Assembly (NCBI GenBank): GCA_038231275.1
Contig: JBBRLQ010000006.1
Coordinates: 1-64,000, forward strand
DNA from: Polyangiales bacterium
Lineage (GTDB): Bacteria > Myxococcota_A > Polyangia > Polyangiales > Polyangiaceae
DNA: 64,000 nt
Reading direction: 5' to 3'
The translations under genes were made by a program, and so were the position numbers. Positions 49,999-58,998 of the stretch are shown here, one piece after another. Each line of letters opens with the position of its first letter. Position 1 is the first letter of the stretch. Below the pieces are notes generated by a model. That model worked only from the letters and a program-made list of their open reading frames with translations, made no database searches and had not been told where the DNA came from.

Positions 49999-50730
49999 AT
50001 GCCCGTCTTCCAGCACTTCGTTCGCCGCGCCGGTCTGGCACTTCCCCTCTGCGTTGCGCTTCTCGCGGGCTGTCGTTCGCCGCCGCACGAAGAGACCATC
50101 GAGCTTCGCACGTACGACGTCCCCAAGGGGACGGCGGGCACGCTCGTCACGACCATCAAGGACGTGATGTGGATGGGCGAGAACAAGCTGGTCGGCCGCG
50201 CCGTCGTCACTCCCGACGGCAGGCTGGCGGTGCTCGCGACGCCCAGCGTTCAGACCGGCGTGCAAACACTGATCGATCAGGTCGCGAAGAACCCTGCGAT
50301 TCCGGAGCAGACGATCGAGCTCCACTACTTCTTGATGGTCGGCAGACCCGCGCCGTCCCCGCAGCCCTATCCGTCCGGCGTGACCGAGATCAAGGCGGGC
50401 TTGGACGAAATTGTTCGGACGCAGGGGCCCCAAACGTTCACGCTCGCGCAACGCGTCGCGCTCTCGTCGCTGAACGACGAAGAAGGCCGGCTCGACAACT
50501 TCGAGGACAAGCTCGAGATCCGCCAGAAGCCCGTGCAGACCAGCGAGGGCGTCTACGTCAAGCTCGGGATCCGGTGGAAGGAAGACAAGGTGGAGACGCG
50601 CGTGCAGCTCGGAGCCGAGCGAATCGTCGTGCTCGGCGCCACTGCACAACATGCCGCCGGTGCTCCGGACGGGAGCACGCTCTACTATGTCGTCCGAGTT
50701 GCGCCGCGCGCCGATGCCAAAATCCCCTGA
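49999..50730 (+). CDS. Lipoprotein, possibly secretin N-domain-like
   Basis: Lipobox LAGC; ELRTYDVP...RLAVLATPSVQ. Confidence 0.65.
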   Translation: MPVFQHFVRRAGLALPLCVALLAGCRSPPHEETIELRTYDVPKGTAGTLVTTIKDVMWMGENKLVGRAVVTPDGRLAVLATPSVQTGVQTLIDQVAKNPAIPEQTIELHYFLMVGRPAPSPQPYPSGVTEIKAGLDEIVRTQGPQTFTLAQRVALSSLNDEEGRLDNFEDKLEIRQKPVQTSEGVYVKLGIRWKEDKVETRVQLGAERIVVLGATAQHAAGAPDGSTLYYVVRVAPRADAKIP

Positions 50731-51244
50731 TGGCGGCGCGCTCGATCAAGCCGCCCTGGAGCAGCTCTACGTGAAGCTCGAGAAGCCGATCTACAACGTC
50801 GTCTATCGCTGGCTGTGGAACGCAAACGATGCGCAAGAGGTCGTGCAGCAGGCGTTCCTCAACGTCTGGAAGGCGCGTGATCGCGTCGACATGACGACGA
50901 TCGAGCCGCTTCTCTATCGGACGGCCCTCAACCTCGCGTCGAACCGCCGGCGCTCCAGGCGGTTGTGGGGTTGGCTCGGCATGGAGAGCGCGAGCGAGGT
51001 GCCGAGCGACGCGCCCTCGCCTGCAGAGGCATTGGCGGAGGCGCGCAAGAGGGTGCGCGTCCGCGCCGCGATCGAGGCGCTTCCAGAAAAATTGCGGCAG
51101 GTTCTGATGCTGTCGGAGTACGCAGAGCTCTCGTACGACGAGATCGGGACGACGCTCGGGATCCCGGCAGGCACGGTCGGCTCGCGCCGCGCGACCGCAC
51201 TCGCGCGGCTGACCGAGGCGCTCGCCGAGAAAGAGGAAGCATGA
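50714..51244 (+). CDS. ECF sigma-70 factor
   Basis: DAQEVVQQAFL, LYRTALN, LPEKLR, SYDEIG..LGIPAGTVGSR. Confidence 0.9.
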   Translation: MPKSPDGGALDQAALEQLYVKLEKPIYNVVYRWLWNANDAQEVVQQAFLNVWKARDRVDMTTIEPLLYRTALNLASNRRRSRRLWGWLGMESASEVPSDAPSPAEALAEARKRVRVRAAIEALPEKLRQVLMLSEYAELSYDEIGTTLGIPAGTVGSRRATALARLTEALAEKEEA

Positions 51245-51597
51245 ACCCCGACGACATCCTCGAGCGGCTCGAGCCGCCGCCCGGCGGACTCGCCAAGCTG
51301 CGCGCGCTTCTCGAGTCTCGACCAGGCGTTCTGCGTCGCCTCGCGCCGCCGATCGCGGTTGCCGTCGCGGTCGCAGCGATCGTCCTCCTTTTCGTGGGAC
51401 GGCGCCGCGCGATGGATCCGCTCGCGGAAGCGCGCCGGCAGGGAAACGGCGCGGAGGTTGCGCTTGGTCTCGCGCCGGTGCCGAAGGCGCCGGTCATCGT
51501 CGATTCGGATTCGCGCGGGACGACAGCGCTCGCGCGGGTCGAGTCGGCGGATCCCAACGTCGCGTTTTACTGGGTCAGCTCCACAGAATGGCACTAG
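51241..51597 (+). CDS. Small single-TM protein, putative anti-sigma factor
   Basis: ATGA overlap with the ECF gene; one TM; C-terminal VAFYWV. Confidence 0.65.
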   Translation: MNPDDILERLEPPPGGLAKLRALLESRPGVLRRLAPPIAVAVAVAAIVLLFVGRRRAMDPLAEARRQGNGAEVALGLAPVPKAPVIVDSDSRGTTALARVESADPNVAFYWVSSTEWH

Positions 51598-51612
51598 GTC
51601 GGCGCCGCGCGT

Positions 51613-53741
51613 TCAATTCCCTGCGGCGGTGTACTTGTCGATCCACGAGAGCACCTCTTGGTGCCAGCGCTTCGAGTTCGCCGGCTTCAGGACCCAGTGG
51701 TTCTCGTCGGGGAAGTGCACGAAGCGCGAGGGGATGCCCTTCCTCTGGAGGAGCGTGAAGGTCGCCATGCCCTCGGTGTCGACGACGCGGAAGTCTTTGC
51801 CGCCGTGGACGACGAGTTCCGGCGTCTTCCAGTTCTTCACCAGGTTGATCGGGTTGTGCTTCTGGTACCCTCGGGGTTCTCCCACGGCGTCTTGCCGTGC
51901 TCCCACTCCGGGAACCAGAGCTCCTCGGTGCCGTAGTAGGCCATGACCTCGTCGAGGTTGCCGTCGTGGCACACGAGCGCCTTGAAGCGATCGGTGTTGC
52001 CCTGGATCCAGTTGATCATGTAGCCGCCGTACGACGCGCCGAGCGCCGCCATCCGACTCTTGTCCATGAACGCGTAGCGCGCGAGCGCGGCGTCGAGGCC
52101 CTTCATGAGGTCCTCGTACGGTGCCCCGCCCCAGTCGCCGCGGATGGCGTCGGTGAACGCCTGGCCGTAGCCGGTCGAGCCGTGGAAATCGATCATGATC
52201 GCGACGTAGCCGTGCGCCGCGTAAATTTCGGGGTTCCATCGGTAGTGGAAGTGATCGCCGAACGAGCCTTGCGGGCCGCCGTGGATGAGGAACGCGACGG
52301 GAGCGTGCGCCCCGGCGGCGAGGCCCGGCGGCTTCACCATCCAGCCGTAGACGGTGTCGCCCTTCGCGCCTTTGAACGTGAACTGTTCGGGCTCGCCCCA
52401 CGTGACGGACGCGACGCGCGCGTCGTTGAGGTGCGTGATCGCCTTGGGGCCGCGTCCGTCGAGGCCGGCCGTCCAGATCTCGGTCGGCGCGCGCAAGGAA
52501 TCGTGGAGGTACACGATGCGCCCTTGCGTCGCGACCGGGCCGTGGCTCGAGCCGCCGTCGACGATCGGGGTGGCGGCACCGGTGGTCGCGTCGATCCGGA
52601 AGACCGCTTTGCGGCCTAGGTGATCGGCGCTCGCGAGGAGCGATTTTCCGTCCTTCGACCACGAGAGATCGGCCGGCGAGCGATCCCACGCCTCGGTGAG
52701 GACGCGGGACGTCTTCGTCTTCCAGTCCATGAGGACGACCTTGCGGCGGTCCGACTCGAACTGCGGGCGCGACTGCGCGAGGTAGGCGAGGCGCGTGCCG
52801 TCCGGCGAGAAGACCGGCGTGGCGTCGTCGGCGGGATTGGCGGTCGTGATTGCGCGCGGCTTGGCGCTGCCATCGGCGGGGACGGCCCACAGATCGCCGT
52901 TCGTCGACCAGGCGTCCTCGCGGCCGACCATCTTCGACGAGAAGACGATCTCCTTCCCATCCTTGGCGATGGCGACCTCCTCCATGCCACCGAACGGGCG
53001 CGGCGGCGCGTCGTAAGGGAGGCCCTTCAGAAGGTCGATCGGGGTCGCGCCTTCACTCCACACGAAGAGGTGGTTTCGCTTCCCTTCGTCCCACGAGTCC
53101 CAGTGACGGAAGGGCAACGAGTCGTATGCGCGCACGTGCGACGGATCCTTGTCGTGGGCCTGCGCGCGCTTGGCGCTCTCGTCGAGCGACGCGGCGTCGG
53201 GGTAGACCTCCATCGCGAGGAGGAGGCGCTTGCCGTCGGGGAACGGCGTGACCGCGTCCACGTCGACGGGGAGATCGGTGACCTTCTGCGCCTCGCCGCC
53301 GTCGACCGCGATCTTCCACACCTGCGCGGAGTCGCCGCGTGTCGAGACGAAGTAGATCGTCTTGCCGTCGGGGGCGAAGCGGGCGCCGTGGTCGGTGGCG
53401 GGATCGCTCGTCAGCCTTCGCGCGAAGGCGCCGTCGGTCGCGGCGATCCAGACGTCGCGCTTGGATTTGTTGGCGGCGAGGTCGGGGATGGCGACCGTGA
53501 AGACGACCAGGCGACCGTCCGGTGAGACGTCCGGATCCTCGATCCTCTCGAGTGCGAGCATGTCGTCGACGGCGAAGGGGTGCTTGCCGGCGACCGGCCC
53601 GGTCACCGCGGGATTTCCTCCGGCGGCGACGTCGGTGCCCGGGGACGCGGCGGGCACGTTCGGAGCGCACGCGCCGAGCGCGGCGAGCGCGGACGAGAGG
53701 ACGAAGGAGGCGGACCGGCGGCGAAGCGGGCGCGTTTGCAT
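51613..53741 (-). pseudogene. S9 family peptidase (dipeptidyl-peptidase 5-like) with a 1-nt deletion near 51869
   Basis: PD40 propeller, HGGP, GASYGG; the catalytic D (DFRV) and H (DENHW) lie in another frame after ...ENPE-GG-YQKHNP. Confidence 0.85.
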
Positions 53742-53771
53742 CGCGCGCACGATACCACGAGGCGCCGCTTC

Positions 53772-54200
53772 TCAGCGCGCGCAGAGGCGCTGGAGATCGG
53801 ACAGGATCCGCTGGCAGCGGGTGCTCGACGGATGACCCCGTCGCTTGCACTCGGCGACCCCCCACGTCGCCGAATCCATGAGAGCGTCGGTCGAGGGCAC
53901 CCCGTTGCATGCCTTCGGATCGGGCGTGGCCACCGCGAAGCAGCTCTCGAGGAAGCCCTTCTCGGCGACCTCACACGCGAGCGACGTGCAGGCCGACGCG
54001 CGACGCGTGGACTCGTCGACGCAGCCGTCTTGGGTCGCGTGCGCGCCGAAGTCGCGGCCGTCCTTCTGCGCCGCCGGCGCGAGCGCGCTCGACTCGTTGA
54101 CCGCGCCTTTGAGCCAGTAGTAGCCGCCCGCCGAGACGCCGACCACGGCGAGGATCGTGAGCAGCCCGGCGCCGAGCACGACCTTCACCCACGTCTTCAT
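53772..54200 (-). CDS. Hypothetical membrane-anchored Cys-rich protein
   Basis: N-terminal TM and 8 Cys. Confidence 0.7.
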   Translation of the reverse strand: MKTWVKVVLGAGLLTILAVVGVSAGGYYWLKGAVNESSALAPAAQKDGRDFGAHATQDGCVDESTRRASACTSLACEVAEKGFLESCFAVATPDPKACNGVPSTDALMDSATWGVAECKRRGHPSSTRCQRILSDLQRLCAR

Positions 54201-54275
54201 GCGGCGGCCTTCATGGGCGGCGATCGTACCTTTGAACGTTCCGTTCGACCGCCGAATGCACTACTCTCGCGAGCC

Positions 54276-54629
54276 ATGCGACGCCTCCTCTCCGCGCTCT
54301 TCGCGCTCGCCTTGCCCACGCTGTCGCTGGCGTGCGGGTCGAGCTTTCCGCAGCCCAACGACCAGTTCGCCGCCGCCCAGAAGGACGTCGGGCGCGCGCA
54401 AGAAGGCGGCGCGCAAGGCGTACCGGAAGCAAAGCTCCACCTCCAGCTCGCAAACGAGAGCCTGGCCAAGGCCAAAGAGCTGATGGACAAGGACAACAAG
54501 CGCGCGGCCAGCCTCATCTCGCGCGCGGGCGCCGAGGCGGAGCTCGCGCTGGCGCTGACGAAGGCGACCGACGCCAAGGCCGACGCGCAAGAGGCCGCCG
54601 ACAAGCTCACCAAGGCGAAGGGAAAGTGA
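54276..54629 (+). CDS. DUF4398-like lipoprotein
   Basis: Lipobox SLAC; AKLHLQLA...RAGAEAELALA. Confidence 0.8.
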   Translation: MRRLLSALFALALPTLSLACGSSFPQPNDQFAAAQKDVGRAQEGGAQGVPEAKLHLQLANESLAKAKELMDKDNKRAASLISRAGAEAELALALTKATDAKADAQEAADKLTKAKGK

Positions 54630-54634
54630 CGGCC

Positions 54635-55489
54635 ATGCGAACGCGCCACGTGTCCTTCCTCCTCGTCGCGATCTCCGCGCTCTCGCTCGCCGCGTGCGGC
54701 GGCGCGAAGCCTCCGCCTGCCGACCTCGTCAAGGCGCGAGCGGACATGCAGCGCGCCAAGAGCTCCGTCGCGATGCAGTTCGCGCCGACCGACGTGCACG
54801 AGGCCGAGCTCGCCCTCGAGAAGGCCGAGCGCGCCGGCCGCGAGGTGCCGGACGAGCCCGACTCGACCGACTTGATGGTGATCGCCCAGGTCAAGGCGCA
54901 GACCGCGATCGCGGTCGGCGAGACGCTGAAGGCGCAGAAAGAAAAGGAGAAGGCGACGCGTGAGCTCGTCGATCGCCTCCAGGGGCTCAAGGGCGATCTC
55001 GAGAAGACCCGCGAGCAGCTCGATCGCGAGCGCCAAGAGACCGCCTCCGAGCGCGCGCGCCGCATCGACGCCGAAAAGAAGCTCTCGGATGCCAGGGACA
55101 CACTCTCCAAGATCGCCCAGGTCAAGGACGAGGACCGCGGCATGGTCATCACGCTCCAGGGCGAGGTGCTGTTCAAGACGAACGAGTCGCAGCTGAAGCC
55201 GGCCGCGATGGTGAAGCTCGATCAGATCGCGGAGACCTTGCGCGGTCAGGAGCGCAAGATCCAAGTGCTCGGCCACACCGACAACCAGGGCGGCGCCGGC
55301 ACGCACAACCAGCAGCTGAGCGAGCGTCGCGCGAGCGCCGTGCGCGACTACTTGGTCTCGAAGGGCATCCCGTCGGATTTGATTCGCGCGGAGGGCAAGG
55401 GGCCGTCGGCGCCGATCGCCGACAACAGCAGCATCGACGGCCGCGCCCAGAACCGCCGCGTCGAGATCGTCGTCGAGCCGAAGCGCTAG
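54635..55489 (+). CDS. OmpA-family lipoprotein with DUF4398-like/coiled-coil N-terminus
   Basis: LAAC; RGMVITL, GHTD, NQQLSERRA, NRRVEI. Confidence 0.9.
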   Translation: MRTRHVSFLLVAISALSLAACGGAKPPPADLVKARADMQRAKSSVAMQFAPTDVHEAELALEKAERAGREVPDEPDSTDLMVIAQVKAQTAIAVGETLKAQKEKEKATRELVDRLQGLKGDLEKTREQLDRERQETASERARRIDAEKKLSDARDTLSKIAQVKDEDRGMVITLQGEVLFKTNESQLKPAAMVKLDQIAETLRGQERKIQVLGHTDNQGGAGTHNQQLSERRASAVRDYLVSKGIPSDLIRAEGKGPSAPIADNSSIDGRAQNRRVEIVVEPKR

Positions 55490-55615
55490 AAGCGCTAGAC
55501 GAGATCCGCAGTCGCCGCGATCCAGGGTCCGGATCCAGAGGGGGCCGCACTTCTCGCGCGCTGCCGTATTTTTCCGCCGTTCGGGCATGGTCCAACATTT
55601 GCCTACATTGGCGCC

Positions 55616-56398
55616 ATGCACCGTGCGTTCGCGTTTCTTGCTCCGCTAACCGCTGCCCTCGTGCACTGCGGCGGAGCGAACGACGTCACGGCACCGGACG
55701 ACGAAGCCGCCGCGGTGAGCGCCGGGCACGTCAACGGAGGCGAGACCGGCGCGATGGTTCGCGAGACGACCCCCGCCGGCTTCACGCGCATCGACGGAAC
55801 GTGGACGGTGCCCGACTACGATCCGTCGCAGAAGGGCGAGCCGTGGATCTACTGCGGTTTCGGCGACGAGGGCTCCCTCGACATGGAGATCGGCTTCGCG
55901 TTCCAGAAGGGGGACGGCTCCGCCGAGAAGCCGCACAGGTATCTGCCGTACATGCGGAAGGGGAAGAATTTCTCGTTCGGCGACGAGACGACACGCGTGC
56001 TCCCGGGGGACACGTTCGTGTTCGCGGCGTGGCTCGATCGCGCAGGCGTGCACGCGTCGAAGGACGGCGCGACGCTGACGTTCCACGGCCCCGACGGCGC
56101 GATCGACGCGATGCCGATGCCAGCGCTCGCGCCGTCGCAGACGCATGTGCGCCGCGTCGTCGGCCAGGCGCTGGCGACGACGTACCACGGCGAGGCGTTG
56201 GGGACGCTCGGACCGGTGACGTTCGCCGGCACGACGGCGACCGCAGCAGACGGGACCACGTCGCCGTTTCATCGAGTGAGCACCTGGAAGCAGATGCGGC
56301 ACGGCACCCTCTACGGCTCGGTGAAGCTCCCCGCGAGCGGCGCTCATCACACCTACGACGCGACGAACGACATCGACGTCATCTCGCTCTTCCCGTGA
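55616..56398 (+). CDS. Hypothetical lipoprotein (beta-sandwich, possibly YrpD/concanavalin-like)
   Basis: LVHC lipobox; WTVP, WIYCGF, EIGFAF. Family assignment is weak. Confidence 0.6.
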   Translation: MHRAFAFLAPLTAALVHCGGANDVTAPDDEAAAVSAGHVNGGETGAMVRETTPAGFTRIDGTWTVPDYDPSQKGEPWIYCGFGDEGSLDMEIGFAFQKGDGSAEKPHRYLPYMRKGKNFSFGDETTRVLPGDTFVFAAWLDRAGVHASKDGATLTFHGPDGAIDAMPMPALAPSQTHVRRVVGQALATTYHGEALGTLGPVTFAGTTATAADGTTSPFHRVSTWKQMRHGTLYGSVKLPASGAHHTYDATNDIDVISLFP

Positions 56399-56413
56399 GC
56401 GCTCTATTTTACA

Positions 56414-56466
56414 TGCTATTTTTTTAGCACGTACTACTTGCTAAAATTTTAGCACCGGACTACTCC
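56414..56466 (+). promoter_or_regulatory. Two TGCTA-N6-TAGCA operators overlapping a sigma-70 promoter
   Basis: TGCTATTTTTTTAGCA (56414-56429) and perfect palindrome TGCTAAAATTTTAGCA (56439-56454); TTGCTA-N17-TACTCC. Confidence 0.85.
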
Positions 56467-56472
56467 TCGGGC

Positions 56473-56865
56473 ATGGTGAAGGCTACGGGGACGCAGGCGC
56501 TCACGCGCCGTGAGCGCCAGATCATGGACATCCTCTACCGGCGCGGTCGCGCGACGGCGCACGACGTGCTGGAGGACATCGCTGATCCGCCGACGTACTC
56601 GTCGGTGCGAGCGCTCCTGCGCCTGCTCGAAGAGCGCGGGCACGTGAAGCACGCGCAGGAGGGGCAGGCCTACGTGTACTCGCCGGCCGTGGCGCGGGGC
56701 GACGCACGGAAGAGCGCGCTCGCGCACCTGGTGCGGACGTTCTTCGCGGGCTCGGTGGAGCAGGCCGTCGCGACGCTCGTGGAGTCGTCGCGGACGAAGC
56801 TCTCCGCCGAAGAGCTCGATCGCCTCGCGGACGTCATCGATCGCGCGAAGAAAGAAGGACGCTGA
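56473..56865 (+). CDS. BlaI/MecI/CopY-family repressor
   Basis: LTRRERQIMDILY, YSSVRALLRLLEERG, FFAGS. Confidence 0.93.
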   Translation: MVKATGTQALTRRERQIMDILYRRGRATAHDVLEDIADPPTYSSVRALLRLLEERGHVKHAQEGQAYVYSPAVARGDARKSALAHLVRTFFAGSVEQAVATLVESSRTKLSAEELDRLADVIDRAKKEGR

Positions 56866-58904
56866 TGAACCTGGAACCGATGCTCGTCGGCGCGCTTCGA
56901 GGCGCGCTCCTCCTCGGCGCGGCACTCGTGGCGATGCCGCTCCTGCGTCGCGCGCCGGCCGCCGTGCGGCGTTCCGTCCTCGCGGTCGCGCTGGTCGGGG
57001 CGCTGGCGGTTCCGGCCCTCTCCGCGGTGCTGCCGGTCTGGCGGGTGGCGCCACGCATCACGGCGCCGGCGCCGCTCGGCTTCACGATCGCGGAGCCGGT
57101 CGTGATCGGCGATCCGCCAACATCGACCGTAGAACGAGGCACGACCATCGCGAAGGCGCCGACACCGGAGGCCGCGACGAATGTGGACGCAGCGCCGTTT
57201 CTCTTCGCCGCGTGGGCGTTCGGGGCGCTCATGGTCCTCGCGCGTCTCGGGGTTGGGCTCTGGCGATCGCGCGCGATGGTGCGGCGCGGGGCGCCTGCGC
57301 CCGCGTGGGCGCTGTCCGCGCGCCGCGCCGAGGCGACCACGCGCCGACGCGCCGATGTTCGCGTAACGCGGGAGCTGGAAGCGCCTGCGGTCACCGGCGT
57401 CTTCGCGCCCGTCGTCCTCGTGCCGCGCGCGTCGTGGTCATGGAGCGAAGAGCGGCGGTACGCGACGCTCCTCCACGAGCTAGCGCACGTCGCGAGCGCG
57501 GACTGCCTCGTCCAAATCGTGGCGCAGGTGGCGTGCGCGATGCACTGGTTCAACCCGCTCGCGTGGCTGGCGGTGCGGCGCCTGAAAATCGAGCGCGAAC
57601 TCGCGGCGGACGACGCGGTCCTGCGCGCGGGCACGCGGGCGTCGACGTACGCCGAAGATCTCCTCGCGATCGCAGGCGCGCTGTCCGGCGGGCGGGCGCG
57701 GCAAGTGCCCGCGGGCTCGCTCGGGATGGCCGAGCCGTCGCAGTTGGCCGTGAGGGTGTCGGCGATCGTCGAGGCGAATCGCCCGCGCGCGCCGCTGTCT
57801 CGCGCGACGCGCGCGCTCCTCTCGGGGTGCGGCGCGGCCATCGTCGTCGCGACGGCGTGCGCGTCGCCGCAGACCGCGACATCGCCTGCGACCGCGCCGA
57901 CCCTTCACGCGGCGGGGGCATCGGCGGCAGCGACGACGCCAGCCCCGAGCGGCGGCTCGACGATCGATCCGAAGCTCCAGTCGATCGCGGACGTCGAGCT
58001 GGACAAGGCGATGGCCGAATGGCACGCCGCGGCGGGCGCGGTGCTCGTGCTGGATCCGGCGACGGGGGAGATCCTCGCGAACGCCGGACGCGCGCACGGC
58101 GCTCGTGCGGACGTGGCGGTCGGCACGGCGTACATCACCGGCAGCACGCTCAAGGCGGTGACGCTCGCGGCGGCGCTCGAGGACGGCGTGGTGTCGCCGA
58201 CCGAGCGAATCGACTGCGGCAACGGCGCGTGGACGTACCAGGGCCAGCTCATGCACGACGCGTCGCCGAACGGGACCCTCTCGATCGCGGAGATGCTCGC
58301 CGTCTCGACGAACGTCGGCTTCACGAAGATCTTCGACCGCCTCGGTGGGGCGCCGCTCGAAAATTGGCTGCGCGCGTTCCACTTCGGAACGGCCCCCGCG
58401 ATCGAAGGCGCTGCCAGCGGGCAATTGCCCACACGAATCGAGGATCATTCGTACGCCGGGGCCGTGGCCGCCATCGGCGAGGTCGTGACGGCCAGCCCCG
58501 TGCAAATCGCCGCCGCGTATGCGGCGATCGCGAACGGCGGCGAGTACGTCGCACCGACCGCGACCAAGCGCAGCGGCACGGCGCCGCGCGAGCGCATCAT
58601 GAAGCCAGAGACGGCGCGGACGATGATCTCGATGCTCGAATCATCCGTGAGCGACGAGAAGGCGACCGGAAAGCGTGCGCGCGTCGCGGGGGTGCGTGTA
58701 GCCGGAAAGACGGGGACCGCGGGCTGGACACTCCCGAGCGGCGGCGAAGGCGTCTACGCGAGCTTCGTCGGCTTCGTCCCGGCGAACGCGCCGCGTTACG
58801 TCGTGCTGGTCGGCCTCGAGCAGCCGCGCGAGGGTGGCAATGGCGGGTCGGCGGCCGCGCCGGTGTTCGCGCGCGTCGTGACCAGGGCGCTCGGCGGAAG
58901 CTGA
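56865..58904 (+). CDS. M56 (BlaR1-type) metallopeptidase fused to a class B PBP-like transpeptidase domain
   Basis: HELAH, HWFNPLAW, ERELAADD; TIDPKLQ, DPATGEILA, GSTLK, STN, GKTGT. Confidence 0.88.
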   Translation: MNLEPMLVGALRGALLLGAALVAMPLLRRAPAAVRRSVLAVALVGALAVPALSAVLPVWRVAPRITAPAPLGFTIAEPVVIGDPPTSTVERGTTIAKAPTPEAATNVDAAPFLFAAWAFGALMVLARLGVGLWRSRAMVRRGAPAPAWALSARRAEATTRRRADVRVTRELEAPAVTGVFAPVVLVPRASWSWSEERRYATLLHELAHVASADCLVQIVAQVACAMHWFNPLAWLAVRRLKIERELAADDAVLRAGTRASTYAEDLLAIAGALSGGRARQVPAGSLGMAEPSQLAVRVSAIVEANRPRAPLSRATRALLSGCGAAIVVATACASPQTATSPATAPTLHAAGASAAATTPAPSGGSTIDPKLQSIADVELDKAMAEWHAAAGAVLVLDPATGEILANAGRAHGARADVAVGTAYITGSTLKAVTLAAALEDGVVSPTERIDCGNGAWTYQGQLMHDASPNGTLSIAEMLAVSTNVGFTKIFDRLGGAPLENWLRAFHFGTAPAIEGAASGQLPTRIEDHSYAGAVAAIGEVVTASPVQIAAAYAAIANGGEYVAPTATKRSGTAPRERIMKPETARTMISMLESSVSDEKATGKRARVAGVRVAGKTGTAGWTLPSGGEGVYASFVGFVPANAPRYVVLVGLEQPREGGNGGSAAAPVFARVVTRALGGS

Positions 58905-58998
58905 AGCGCCCGCGACGAACGGTCGCCGACTGCGCGCGAACGGTCGCGACACGCGATCCGAACGCCCAGTGCTTTCGTGCCCCGACCGTCCAACGGTC

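Noticed and set aside
54197..54228. Five-codon leader ORF (MKAAA) after a TACGAT box, overlapping the ATG at 54200
   Set aside because: Too short to distinguish from chance without expression data.
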